This document shows positions 31,201 to 41,271 of a DNA stretch of 64,000 nt, piece by piece. A model generated the notes under the pieces. It saw nothing but the letters and a program-made list of their open reading frames with translations, ran no database searches and was not told where the DNA came from. The DNA is from Candidatus Krumholzibacteriales bacterium (GTDB lineage: Bacteria; Krumholzibacteriota; Krumholzibacteriia; Krumholzibacteriales; WJIX01). The stretch covers positions 37,384 through 101,383 of the forward strand of contig JAWODM010000066.1 of NCBI GenBank assembly GCA_046483305.1. Direction: 5' to 3'. The position numbers were made by a program, and so were the translations under genes. Position 1 is the stretch's first letter. Every line of letters begins with the position of its first letter.

Positions 31201-31815
31201 TCAGTCAATTCCCAGAGCATCGAATATCATTTCGAGACTGTCGGTTGTGGGAATCAAGAACAAAAATCCCTTACATTCTTCCTCGGTTAAATTAAAAGCT
31301 GTTTCAAGAACTATTGCGTAATCCGATTGAACACTGAGATCCACAAGTATGGAATCCATTACCGCTCCCAGCATATCTCTGGATATCTGAGGCACTGAAT
31401 GCATGATCTTGTTTTTCAGAAAAACGGACATGGTATTGAAGTAACAACCGCACATTATGTTTCCCACCTCTTTGAGAACCGACATGCAGTATTCTTCCGA
31501 CTCCTCCTCCCTGCCCGAATTTTTGGTAATTATCTTCACCATCTTGTCCGCTTCATGGTAAGGAAAGATCAGGAACATCATGCTTCTGAAACTCTCGTTG
31601 TAACCTTCCAGATAAATCACCGAAACCATGGATTCCGGACCGTTGAACAGGTTATAGATTATCTGAATCGGGATAATTTCAACATCCGTAATCGAGACGT
31701 CGATCCTCTTTTTCAGAAGCTTCGAAAGCCCGGTTACCGCGTGGGCGGAACCAATATTCCCGAGCTCCTTCAAGGCATCAATTCTCAGATAGGACGGCCT
31801 CTTGATCGAACTCAT
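31201..31815 (-). CDS. cheC: CheY-P phosphatase CheC
   Basis: Two ExxN sites (KELGNIGS, KEVGNIM), DMLGA. Confidence 0.92.
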   Translation of the reverse strand: MSSIKRPSYLRIDALKELGNIGSAHAVTGLSKLLKKRIDVSITDVEIIPIQIIYNLFNGPESMVSVIYLEGYNESFRSMMFLIFPYHEADKMVKIITKNSGREEESEEYCMSVLKEVGNIMCGCYFNTMSVFLKNKIMHSVPQISRDMLGAVMDSILVDLSVQSDYAIVLETAFNLTEEECKGFLFLIPTTDSLEMIFDALGID

Positions 31816-33466
31816 AAGTATTCCTTTCTCTTAGCAAAAAGCGTGGATCCCATATAAAAGCTACTTGTCCGCTTCCCAGGACAGTCGCTCCGGAGATGCC
31901 CTGGGTACCCCTTATTATTCCCGGAAGACTCTTAATGACTACATCCTGCTGTCCCAGAATCCTGTCAACTACCAGGCAGGCGAGAGAATTTTCCGCTTCC
32001 AGAACAATTATCTTTAAATATCTTCTGACCGATTCCTTCTTCTCGATACTGTTATTATATACCTCCCAGGGTTTTATCACCGGTATGGGGCCTGCCTGAG
32101 ACAGATAGATATCGGTCCTGCCAATTTTCTTTAAAGATCCGGTCTCAACCCTCACTGTCTCCTTGATGTATTCAGCCGGGATGGCATGAATCTGGTCCCC
32201 GGTTACGAAGAGCATAGCTTTGATAATAGACAGGTTAATGGGAAGTTTCGCTCGTGTTCTGGTACCCTTTCCCTTTTCGCTGGTAACATCGATGGTGCCC
32301 CCCAGGGAATCAACAGTCTTTTTTACGACATTCATCCCTACTCCCCTGCCCGAATACCTTCCGGCCTCTTCTCTGGTGCTGAATCCGGGTTCCGCGAGTA
32401 TCCGGCACAGCTCCTCGCCTGAGATTTCAGAATCCCTTCTGCCGTTTTTTTCCTTTATCCTGTCCAGATCTATACCTTTTCCGTCATCTGAAACTTCCAG
32501 AATTATATAATTTCTTTCCCGCCTTACAGACACCTCCACAGTTCCGGTTTCGTTCTTACCCGCATCCCTTCTCTCCCCGGGAGTTTCGATGCCGTGATCG
32601 ATCGCATTCCTGATAAGGTGAACGATAGGATCCAGCATGGACTCAAGGACAGTCCTGTCTACACCGATACCGGCTCCTGTGATCTTCAACCTGACTTTCT
32701 TGCCAAGTTCGCATGAAATATCTCTTACCACTCTCTTGAACCTCTGAAAAACGTTTCCGGCGGGAACCAGCCTGGCTTCCATGATCTCTTTCTGTATTTC
32801 CGATACGAGCCTTCCCGAAGCGTTGAGCTCCTCCAACAGCGGCTTGGAATTCAACTCGTCAGCCAGGTTTGAGAGTTTGATCCTGCTTATTATCAGCTCT
32901 CCGATCAGGTCCATCAGTTCATCCAGCCTTTTCAGTTCAATCCTGGTTGATGAAATCTTTGAATAACATCCGGGGTTCTGTTTCTGAGTTCTATCCCCGG
33001 ACTCCGGATCGCCTTCACCTTTACTCCCGCTCTCCTGGAGGTCTTCATTATTTTCCAGGTTCATTTCCTCAGAATCAGATCTGGAGCTGAAACCTATTTC
33101 AAGCAGCGATTCTATTCTGCTCACCATTTCGAGGGTTATATCGCTTTCTCCCGATTCAATCACCTCCGGAACCAGGGCCCTGAGAGTATCCACTACTTTC
33201 AACAGGACATCAGTCCCCTCCCTGGTGATCTCCCGTTCGCCCTTTCTGAAACTGTCCAGTATATTTTCCAGCATGTGGCTGGTCTTGACTACCGAATCAT
33301 ACCCCATGGCGCCCGACATCCCCTTCAGATTGTGAGCATTACGGAACAGTTCGTCCACTACTGAGAGATCGCAGTCCTCCTCGAGTTTCATCATGCCGCT
33401 CTCCAGGGCCTGAATGATCTCATCGGTTTCATTGATGTAAAGAGAGGTATATTCATTAACATTCAT
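31778..33466 (-). CDS. cheA: Chemotaxis histidine kinase CheA, apparently lacking the P2 domain
   Basis: FRNAHNLKG (Hpt), LDELMDLIGELII, HLIRNAIDHG, DDGKG, GRGVGM, C-terminal CheW-like domain; only 562 aa. Confidence 0.95.
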   Translation of the reverse strand: MNVNEYTSLYINETDEIIQALESGMMKLEEDCDLSVVDELFRNAHNLKGMSGAMGYDSVVKTSHMLENILDSFRKGEREITREGTDVLLKVVDTLRALVPEVIESGESDITLEMVSRIESLLEIGFSSRSDSEEMNLENNEDLQESGSKGEGDPESGDRTQKQNPGCYSKISSTRIELKRLDELMDLIGELIISRIKLSNLADELNSKPLLEELNASGRLVSEIQKEIMEARLVPAGNVFQRFKRVVRDISCELGKKVRLKITGAGIGVDRTVLESMLDPIVHLIRNAIDHGIETPGERRDAGKNETGTVEVSVRRERNYIILEVSDDGKGIDLDRIKEKNGRRDSEISGEELCRILAEPGFSTREEAGRYSGRGVGMNVVKKTVDSLGGTIDVTSEKGKGTRTRAKLPINLSIIKAMLFVTGDQIHAIPAEYIKETVRVETGSLKKIGRTDIYLSQAGPIPVIKPWEVYNNSIEKKESVRRYLKIIVLEAENSLACLVVDRILGQQDVVIKSLPGIIRGTQGISGATVLGSGQVAFIWDPRFLLRERNTYEFDQEAVLSEN

Positions 33467-34538
33467 GAATCTGCCTCCCTTCTTTCAATCTGCTGATTTC
33501 ATCACTTATTATCTGGGCAATCTCGGCCGGTTCGGCCACCGTGTCTGCCAGGCTCTCGCCAATTATCGCTCCCGGGATTCCCGATACAATGCAGCTTTCA
33601 GGGCTCTGCACTATAACCCTGCCGCCGAAATCTCTCAGCACATTGCATCCTGAAAGGCCATCTCTGCCCATACCGGTAAGAATCACTGATATCATTCTCC
33701 CCTTGAAAACCGGCGATAGCGATGTCAGCGCAAAATCTATGGAAGGACATGCCGTCCTCTGGGAACTGTTTCTCGGAAGAATTGCAACCGCTGGTATATC
33801 TCTCCTGTTTTCATAGATCAGATGCCGCCCTCCCGGAGCAAGCAGGACTCTTCCAGGCTCTATCCGGTCTCCGTCAACAGCTTCCTTCACCTCCACCTCA
33901 GACCTTCTGTCCAGCCTCTCGGCCAGGTATCTGGTAAACCCTTCGGGCATGTGCTGAACTACTATAATCCCCGCTGGCAGATCGGCGGGCAGTGACGGTA
34001 TTATTTCCATAAGCACATTCGGCCCTCCGGTGCTGGCCCCGATCAGGACCACCGCTTCCATCGACTCCGAATTTACAGTTTCCCGGCGGGTATTGAATTT
34101 GTAATGGGGAGGCGCAAACCGCACCTTGCTGACATTAACTTCAGCCGCTATCTTTACCTTGCAGATCAGTTCTTCAGCCTGAAAATCAATACCGCTTCTG
34201 CTTTTTGCGACAAAATCAACCGCTCCGTAATCCAGGCAGGTTAAGGCCCTGATTGCCGCCCTCTCGCTGCAGGCGCTCAGGATTACGACCGGGGTGGGCC
34301 ACTCGCTCATCAGATAACGAAGCGTCTCCAGCCCATCCATCCTGGGCATTTCCAGGTCCAGGGTTATGCAGTCCGGTCTCAGATCAGCCACCTTCTTAAG
34401 CACTTCCGTACCGTCATAAGCTATCCCGGCAATTTCAATCATTGGATCGGCACTGAGTATGTCAGTGATCATTTTACTCATGAATCTGGAATCCTCCGCA
34501 ACCAGCACTCTGATTTTGTCTTTACCGCTGATCTCCAT
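33456..34538 (-). CDS. cheB: Chemotaxis methylesterase CheB
   Basis: Receiver domain (LDLEMP) plus GASTGGP, QHMP and TGMGRDG catalytic motifs. Confidence 0.95.
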   Translation of the reverse strand: MEISGKDKIRVLVAEDSRFMSKMITDILSADPMIEIAGIAYDGTEVLKKVADLRPDCITLDLEMPRMDGLETLRYLMSEWPTPVVILSACSERAAIRALTCLDYGAVDFVAKSRSGIDFQAEELICKVKIAAEVNVSKVRFAPPHYKFNTRRETVNSESMEAVVLIGASTGGPNVLMEIIPSLPADLPAGIIVVQHMPEGFTRYLAERLDRRSEVEVKEAVDGDRIEPGRVLLAPGGRHLIYENRRDIPAVAILPRNSSQRTACPSIDFALTSLSPVFKGRMISVILTGMGRDGLSGCNVLRDFGGRVIVQSPESCIVSGIPGAIIGESLADTVAEPAEIAQIISDEISRLKEGRQIHEC

Positions 34539-35038
34539 TACATTACCCTCTCGCTCCCGGCGATATCCTTAACCATCACGGATCCGTCCGAGAGATCGAA
34601 TATGATAGTTCTTCCTTTGGTTCCGCCTACACACTCTCCCACTACAGGGATTCCCCGCCCGGCGAGAACTTCCCTGGCAGCCTCGACATTGCGGGCTCCT
34701 ATCTGTATTACACCCCTGCAGCTCGGATATCCGTCGAACATGGTGGCGCCGCCGAATATCTTGGCGATAAATCTTTTTTTATTTCCACCAGCTTCAGACA
34801 GTTCTTCTATCATAGCGTCTACCGCAGTATCCACGAACTTGCCTTTATTTGACTTGTTTTTCACGTTATCACTGTTCGGGTGCATTACATGAGCAAGAGC
34901 GCCAACCCCCGCCTGCGCGTCATACAGAACTATGCCGACACATGACCCCAGCGCCATGGTCATCATTTTGGCGGGCGCTTTCATTATTCTATATTCAGCC
35001 ATCATAACTCTCGCGATGTCACTTCTGGTGTCCTTCAT
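34538..35038 (-). CDS. cheD: Chemoreceptor glutamine deamidase CheD
   Basis: ALGSCVG, AHVM, KIFGGA.MF, IGARN, GGTKGR. Confidence 0.94.
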   Translation of the reverse strand: MKDTRSDIARVMMAEYRIMKAPAKMMTMALGSCVGIVLYDAQAGVGALAHVMHPNSDNVKNKSNKGKFVDTAVDAMIEELSEAGGNKKRFIAKIFGGATMFDGYPSCRGVIQIGARNVEAAREVLAGRGIPVVGECVGGTKGRTIIFDLSDGSVMVKDIAGSERVM

Positions 35039-35100
35039 AAGCTGCTCTATCTGCGTTAAAGACCCGGAACCGGCAAAACTCCTTTTTTGCAGCTCCCACC

Positions 35101-35598
35101 TTAAAGCGGAGCATCCGCCTTCCTTAATTGAGCTACATCAACGAAACTGCTGATAATCTTTTCCGGGTTTATACAGAGAATTATTCCGTTCTGCTCCTGT
35201 ACTATACCGTCAAGAACTTCTCTGTTTATATTTACATTTCCAAGGTCAGACTTGATTGCCGACTTCGGAATCCTCACCACTTCTATCACCCGGTCGACCT
35301 CGAAGCCGATTCCGCCGTCTTCTCCGTCAATAATTATTATTCTTCTGCTCTTTTCATCGCTGCCGGCGCTGTTATCAGAGATACCCAGAGAACTGACGAT
35401 CTCCAGTATGGGAACTATTTCGCCTCTCAGATTTATCACTCCCCTCACCTGAACCGGCATCCCGGGTACCGGATAGGTGTCGATAGGGAGAATTACCTCT
35501 TTAACCTTCTCTATCTCTACGGCGTATTTCTCGTTGCCAAGTGTGAAGGTTATGAATTGTATCTCCTGCTCCGCAGCTGTTCTGGTTTCAGTTTCCAT
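35101..35598 (-). CDS. cheW: Chemotaxis coupling protein CheW
   Basis: FTLGNEKYA, GVINLRGEIVP, GFEVDRV. Confidence 0.94.
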   Translation of the reverse strand: METETRTAAEQEIQFITFTLGNEKYAVEIEKVKEVILPIDTYPVPGMPVQVRGVINLRGEIVPILEIVSSLGISDNSAGSDEKSRRIIIIDGEDGGIGFEVDRVIEVVRIPKSAIKSDLGNVNINREVLDGIVQEQNGIILCINPEKIISSFVDVAQLRKADAPL

Positions 35599-35628
35599 AT
35601 CATTCTCTCCATCTCAGATTGCATATTG

Positions 35629-37293
35629 TTATGCGGAGGCGGCCGTTTCTTCCTCACCGATGCTGGCCATATTAAAACGCTCCACGTTTTCTCTAAGCTG
35701 TATGGAAAGTTCGCTGAGCTTCTGCGCCGAAGATGCCACATCCTCCATACTGGTGGTCATCTGCTGCATGGAGGCAGCGCTTTCCTGGGTTGCGGAAGCG
35801 TTCTGTTCGGCGCTCTTTGATATCTCTCCTATGGAGGAAATCACATTGCTCATCCCTCTGCCCAGTTCCTTGGTGGCCGCCGAAATCCTTCTGGCCATTT
35901 CCGTGGAACTTTCCAGAACCTGAACGATTTCATCCAGCGACTTGCCCGTTCTGGTGATAACCTCTCTTCCCTCGGTAACCTCTTTAGAGCCCAGTTCTAT
36001 ACTGTGCACGGCGGTCTGCGTATCTTCCTGGGTCTTGAGTATGAGAGCCGCTATTTCATCAGCGGCCTTGGCGCTTCCTTCGGCAAGCTTTCTGACTTCG
36101 TCGGCCACCACCGCGAAACCGCTCCCGGCCTCGCCCGCTCTGGCAGCTTCGATAGCCGCATTCAGAGCCAGAAGGTTGGTCTGGTCAGCGATATCGGTTA
36201 TGACATCAACGATCTCACCGATCTGATTCGATCTCTCGCCAAGATGTTTGATTATACCTGCGGATTTCTCCGTAACGTCGTAGATCTTATTTATCTTGTC
36301 TACCGCTTCCTTGGCTGAATCGCCGCCCTTCCTGGCGGTACCCGATGCGTTAGACGCGGCTGAAGCGGCCATCTCGGCGCTGTTGACTACCTGCTTGACA
36401 GACCTCTCCATATTCTTAATCTCTCTATTCATGTCTTCGACCTTCTGAGCCTGAAGGTCGGATGATTTGGCTATGTTCTGAATGGTCAGTGATGTCTCCT
36501 CGGTAATCGAGTTGACTTCTTCGGTAGATGCGGAGAGCGACTGGGCGGAGAAATTAACCTTATCCGCCGTATTCTGAACTATATTTATGATCTCGGTAAT
36601 ATTGCGGAAAATCCCGCTCAGGTAGGTGCTGAGTTCTCCCAGTTCATCCTCTGATTCAATCTTCAGGCCATCTATCAGCTTGCCCGTATCGGAGGCAACC
36701 GCCTTGCAGTAGGAAAGCAGCTTTACCGCCGGCCGGCGGATGAACTTGTTGCTTATGAAATAAAACAGATAAGAAACAGACAGCAACATAACTGCCGTTA
36801 TGGAAACCAGCTCCCAGCGCAGCCCGGCTATCTCCGGAGGAGCGTTGACTCCCGATTTCACCGATACCCTGATCTGCCTGTTCCCCGGGAGCAGGAAAGG
36901 CAGGTTCATCCTCGTTGAGCCTTTACTCCCGTTGACTGAGGCCCCGGGTTCATTCTCCTCCCCGCTGCCGGTTTGCGGCGAAAGCGTAGAGACCAGAACC
37001 TCGCCCTTATCGTCGATAATCTCAACCTCGTCAACCCAGGGATGGTTGTCCCTGTAGGTTATCAGGAAATCCCTCAATTCCTCTCCATCCTTATTGATGA
37101 ATTTATTCAACGGTAGCTGGCTGCAGTACTTAATCCACATGGAATCCCTCTGCGAGACTGCTTCCGAAATAGCCGACCTGGAAACCTTCTCCAGCCAGAA
37201 AGAGCCCAGGGCGCAAATTACGATAATGAATACCAGGGACATTGCCATAATCGATCTGGCAGGATGTTTCCTGAAGTTAAAAAATCGCATCAC
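35629..37293 (-). CDS. Methyl-accepting chemotaxis protein
   Basis: Two TM segments around a periplasmic domain, HAMP-like region (DELGEL), [36 protein letters not shown]. Confidence 0.95.
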   Translation of the reverse strand: MMRFFNFRKHPARSIMAMSLVFIIVICALGSFWLEKVSRSAISEAVSQRDSMWIKYCSQLPLNKFINKDGEELRDFLITYRDNHPWVDEVEIIDDKGEVLVSTLSPQTGSGEENEPGASVNGSKGSTRMNLPFLLPGNRQIRVSVKSGVNAPPEIAGLRWELVSITAVMLLSVSYLFYFISNKFIRRPAVKLLSYCKAVASDTGKLIDGLKIESEDELGELSTYLSGIFRNITEIINIVQNTADKVNFSAQSLSASTEEVNSITEETSLTIQNIAKSSDLQAQKVEDMNREIKNMERSVKQVVNSAEMAASAASNASGTARKGGDSAKEAVDKINKIYDVTEKSAGIIKHLGERSNQIGEIVDVITDIADQTNLLALNAAIEAARAGEAGSGFAVVADEVRKLAEGSAKAADEIAALILKTQEDTQTAVHSIELGSKEVTEGREVITRTGKSLDEIVQVLESSTEMARRISAATKELGRGMSNVISSIGEISKSAEQNASATQESAASMQQMTTSMEDVASSAQKLSELSIQLRENVERFNMASIGEEETAASA

Positions 37294-37324
37294 ATTCCTC
37301 CGTTCATTGGATCAGATCCGGTTT

Positions 37325-38146
37325 TCATAGCTCTTCTTTCCGATAGAGTTTTATTGTCGGGCTGACGATTTCAAATAACCCATGCGTCGATCCGCTCATC
37401 GCCTCACTCCTTCCCAGCATCAGCAATCCGCCTTTTGAGAGAGCTGAGTGGAAATTGTTCAGGATCTCTTCACGGTAGTTATGCCTGAAGTGTATAATCA
37501 CGTTCCTGCAAAGAATCATGTCGGCTTTATCCACCGGCGGGGCCGTAAACAGGTTATGAACTCTGAATGAAACCAGCTTTCTGATGCGTGGAGAGATACT
37601 GAAAGCACCGTCAATCCCGTTGATATATTTTTCCCTGTATTCATATGGGATTTTAAATACCTGCTCTGACGAATAATGGCCGCGTCTTGCCACCCGGCAG
37701 GATTCAGCCGAGATATCCGTTCCCAGAACCCTTATTTCCAGCCCTGTTCCTCTAATGTTCTTATCCAGAAGCATGGCCATACTGTATACTTCCTCCCCCG
37801 TAGAGCAACCCGCGCTCCAGACATTCAGGCCGGGTTCTGAGTTCCGGAGTTTGGACTCTATCAGCGCCGGGATTATTTTGCAGTCCAGATAGTTGAATAC
37901 ATTAATGTCACGAAAGAATTCAGTGACATTGATAGTGATCTCTTCGGTCAGGCCGATCAGCTCCATGGGATCTCTGCAAAGATACTCGGTGTATTCGCTT
38001 ATATCAGTGAACCCCTTAATCATCATCCTGTGAGATATCCTTCTTTTAAGGGTGGTAGGACGATACTTGGCCAGATCGAGATCGGTCTTCGATTTCACGT
38101 ACAGAATGAGATCATTGATGCAACTGGCTTCAAGCAGTTTTTCCAT
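37325..38146 (-). CDS. cheR: Chemotaxis methyltransferase CheR
   Basis: TINVTEFFRD, WSAGCSTGEEVYS, GTDIS, CRNV. Start probably ATG 38146 rather than the track's 38365. Confidence 0.93.
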   Translation of the reverse strand: MEKLLEASCINDLILYVKSKTDLDLAKYRPTTLKRRISHRMMIKGFTDISEYTEYLCRDPMELIGLTEEITINVTEFFRDINVFNYLDCKIIPALIESKLRNSEPGLNVWSAGCSTGEEVYSMAMLLDKNIRGTGLEIRVLGTDISAESCRVARRGHYSSEQVFKIPYEYREKYINGIDGAFSISPRIRKLVSFRVHNLFTAPPVDKADMILCRNVIIHFRHNYREEILNNFHSALSKGGLLMLGRSEAMSGSTHGLFEIVSPTIKLYRKEEL

Positions 38147-38285
38147 ACCCGGCCCTAAGTTTTGCGTCTTTCTGAATTCTCTGTTAATCCCCCATAAATA
38201 ACGGGGATCGTTTACTCGGGAACCGAAATTGCAAATGATATTCCACCAGTCGAAAGGTGCAACTTTTTTACTGCTTGACCCGGGA

Positions 38286-38301
38286 TGGCATATAGGATGC
38301 A
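38286..38301 (+). promoter_or_regulatory. Putative sigma54 -24/-12 promoter of the PhzF-like gene
   Basis: TGGCATATAGGATGCA = TGGCA, GG-N10-GC spacing. Confidence 0.55.
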
Positions 38302-38442
38302 AGCCATTATTAAACAACCAATTAACTCGCCAATAGAGACAATAACAGGGCCGCCGGAGGAACATCCTGACACTATGCGATTCTTTATAAAATTATCTGC
38401 CGCATCTTGCTTTTTGCGAATTTTGGATTTGGAGGTTGGAAA

Positions 38443-39408
38443 ATGAGAAAATATTCCATCAAGAATGTTGATGTTTTCACCACCACCCCTTTCAGCGGGT
38501 ACCCCACTTCAGTGATCACATCGGCGGAAGGATTAAGCGATCAGGAAATGCAGAAAATAGCCGAGGAGATAAGTCTGACCGAGGTTGTCTACATCACCTC
38601 CACCTACGGCGGAAAATCTCAGTTCAGAATCAGATTCTTCACCCAGAGTGAAGAAATCAACATAAGCGGACACAGCATGATAGGCGGATGCTTCGCCCTG
38701 TTGGAAGAAGGGAAAATTGAGCCCAATGAAGGCCGAACCAAGATTTATCTGGAAACTAATGACGGTGATATACCGGTCAATCTCTTTTTCAGAAGAGGAG
38801 AGTTTTCAGGAGGCGGGAAGAAACTGAATACCGGAGTTCTTGAAAAGATCATGATAAGGCAGAAACTTAAAAGCCACAACCTCTCTCCGGTTGACCCGGC
38901 GGAAATAGCCAACATACTGGAAATCGATCTCAACAGCATAGTTTCCACCGGATTCCCGATCGAAGAGATAAATACAGGGCTTCACCACCTGGTTGTTCCG
39001 GTAAACGATCTGGAAACCATTCACAACATAAAGCCGGATTTAATAAAGATGAGTATCATGAACAGAAAGTACGGCATCCAGATTACTGACATCTTCTCCC
39101 TGGACACCGATGATGAATCCACAGCCCATACCAGGCATTTCGGCCCCGTTGTGGGTATTCTGGAAGCATCGGGGTCAGGGATGTCCGCCGTGGGGATAGG
39201 ATCCTACCTGACCAGGCACGGATTGACCGCCGGCAAAACAATGGTTTTCAGGCAGGGTAATGATCTGGAAAACCTTTCAAAAGTATACTGTTACATTGAT
39301 CCCGCGGATAAAGATTCCATGTCGGTATATGTTGGAGGAATGGCTACCACCTCTATAGAAAGATTTGTGGAAATTGATGAGACCAGCGGGGATCTGGTTT
39401 TCAGCTGA
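38443..39408 (+). CDS. PhzF/diaminopimelate epimerase-fold protein with divergent motifs
   Basis: VDVFTTTPFSG, MQKIA, IRFFT...GH, RHFGP, QG, VGG; ATG 38443 after GGAGG. Confidence 0.82.
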   Translation: MRKYSIKNVDVFTTTPFSGYPTSVITSAEGLSDQEMQKIAEEISLTEVVYITSTYGGKSQFRIRFFTQSEEINISGHSMIGGCFALLEEGKIEPNEGRTKIYLETNDGDIPVNLFFRRGEFSGGGKKLNTGVLEKIMIRQKLKSHNLSPVDPAEIANILEIDLNSIVSTGFPIEEINTGLHHLVVPVNDLETIHNIKPDLIKMSIMNRKYGIQITDIFSLDTDDESTAHTRHFGPVVGILEASGSGMSAVGIGSYLTRHGLTAGKTMVFRQGNDLENLSKVYCYIDPADKDSMSVYVGGMATTSIERFVEIDETSGDLVFS

Positions 39409-39410
39409 TC

Positions 39411-41132
39411 TCAATTTGAGGCTTTGGATGCCGGCTGCCCGGTTTTCTTCTCCGGGACTGATCCGGAGCCATAGGGGATCGAGAAATGGAAGGTGACGCC
39501 TTTGGCCCTGCGTGAATCGACCCAGACCCTTCCCTTGTGCATTTCCACATAGTGCTCAACAAGCCTGAGCCCCACTCCCATTCCTTCCCAGATCCTGTCC
39601 ACCCCCCCGTCGGCCTGAGTGAAATCCTTGAATATCTCTTCTACCTGGTCCTCACTCACACCCGGCCCGTTGTCACTGACCGATACCACTACTTCCTTCC
39701 CGTTGCCGCTGGTTCTCACACTGACCTCTCCGCCCTGGTCCGCGAATTTCACCGCGTTGCTCAGCAGCCCCTCGCAAACCTTCCGTACAAGCAGGGGGTC
39801 AAACTCTATTATGGGAAGCGCCAGATCGAGGTCGTAAAGAATCCGTATCTTCTTCTTCACAGCTTCCGGTTCAATCATCTTTCCTGAGATGCTCACTATT
39901 TCATTAATGCTGGCGGGAGTCACATTAAGCATCGTGCCGGACACCTCGATCCTGGAGAGGTCAAGCAGGTCGTTTATAGCATCCAGGAGCTTTCCGGATT
40001 GAAACGAAATAATATCCAGAAATTCCATCAGTATGCTCTTGTCCATACTACCATCCGATATATCATGCTGAATGGTATTAACGTAAGCCATTACTACCGA
40101 GAGTGGAGTTCTCAGCTCATGGCTGACCCTCCCCAGAAACTCCCGTTTCAATTGATCCAGCTGCGTCAGTTTTCTGTTCGTATCCTTGAGTTCCCGGTTC
40201 TGTTCCCTGATCTTCTTTTCCAGAAGTTTTCTTTCGGTTACGTCATGGCCTATATAAAAAATATAGGGGCGGTCCTTTATCCGGATAACCGCCGGTTTGA
40301 TATTAATAAAAATCAGTTCTCCGTCTTTCTTCCGGAATGAGTAGTCATTCAGCGATGTTTTCTCTCTCTTCAAGACTCCTGCGATATCCTCTTTGGCTGC
40401 ATCCCTGTTATCAGGGGGTACCAGATCATAAATTGAACTTCCTATCAGCTCATCCCTGTCATACTTGAAGAAAGAACTCATCGAATCGCTGCACTCTACA
40501 ATGTCCGCGGAAAGATCGGTAATAAAAATGATGTCTCTTGCGTATTTCATCAGGGATTGATATTTTTCCCCGAGGCTTTGAATCTCCTCGAACATAAGTG
40601 AGTTGGCAACCGCTATGGAGGTTAGTTCGCTGAAACTCTGTACAAGCTCGAAATCTTCCTTACTGTAATAATCCTCCTGCCGGCTCCCGATATTCAGGGT
40701 CCCTATCAGAGAGTTCCTGGCGACCAGGGGAACCACTATATCAGAACCGAGATTATCATCCATCATGATTTCCCTGAAATTATCGTCATGCCTGATTCTG
40801 TTCCTGAGAATCGGCTTTTTGTTAAGAGCGACCCAGCCGACAAGGTTGCTTTCATCCAATGGAACGTAAAGTTCTTCACCGGGATTGTGACCGCCTTCCC
40901 TGCGGGAGATATGCCTGATATAAAGGCAATTATCCTCTTCCTCATAGACAGCGATACATATCAGATCACAATCGATTATGCCGGACAGTTTTCTTGATAT
41001 CCTTGATAGAATATCCTCCAGCTCCAGGTGCTCATTTATCATCCCGGCGATATCCATGAATGCCGTCAGTTGCCTGTCGTGACCGCATTCTACCATTCCG
41101 GCTATATTTCTGTTCTTTGAAGTCCGGTCCAT
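39411..41132 (-). CDS. Cytoplasmic GAF-PAS sensor histidine kinase
   Basis: GAF (GWVA...VVPLV...IGTLN), PAS, SHELRTPL, NAVKF, DNGPG, GMGVGL; no TM segment. Confidence 0.92.
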   Translation of the reverse strand: MDRTSKNRNIAGMVECGHDRQLTAFMDIAGMINEHLELEDILSRISRKLSGIIDCDLICIAVYEEEDNCLYIRHISRREGGHNPGEELYVPLDESNLVGWVALNKKPILRNRIRHDDNFREIMMDDNLGSDIVVPLVARNSLIGTLNIGSRQEDYYSKEDFELVQSFSELTSIAVANSLMFEEIQSLGEKYQSLMKYARDIIFITDLSADIVECSDSMSSFFKYDRDELIGSSIYDLVPPDNRDAAKEDIAGVLKREKTSLNDYSFRKKDGELIFINIKPAVIRIKDRPYIFYIGHDVTERKLLEKKIREQNRELKDTNRKLTQLDQLKREFLGRVSHELRTPLSVVMAYVNTIQHDISDGSMDKSILMEFLDIISFQSGKLLDAINDLLDLSRIEVSGTMLNVTPASINEIVSISGKMIEPEAVKKKIRILYDLDLALPIIEFDPLLVRKVCEGLLSNAVKFADQGGEVSVRTSGNGKEVVVSVSDNGPGVSEDQVEEIFKDFTQADGGVDRIWEGMGVGLRLVEHYVEMHKGRVWVDSRRAKGVTFHFSIPYGSGSVPEKKTGQPASKASN

Positions 41133-41218
41133 TTTGTCCTTGTTCCTCCCGGCTATAACCGCTGCCGGGGATTTCAGCGGAGAATAAACCGCGGCAGCGC
41201 CAGTTCAGGACTGGTTTG

Positions 41219-41234
41219 TGCATGAAATATTCCA
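41219..41234 (-). promoter_or_regulatory. Putative sigma54 promoter of the histidine kinase gene
   Basis: Minus strand TGGAATATTTCATGCA (GG-N10-GC), about 90 nt upstream of the ATG. Confidence 0.45.
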
Positions 41235-41271
41235 GAACTGTAAAAATGGATAAAATATAACCGCTGCCGGA

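Noticed and set aside
38147..38442. Extended starts for cheR (38365) and the PhzF-like gene (38407)
   Set aside because: The extensions are non-homologous and cover the divergent promoter region.
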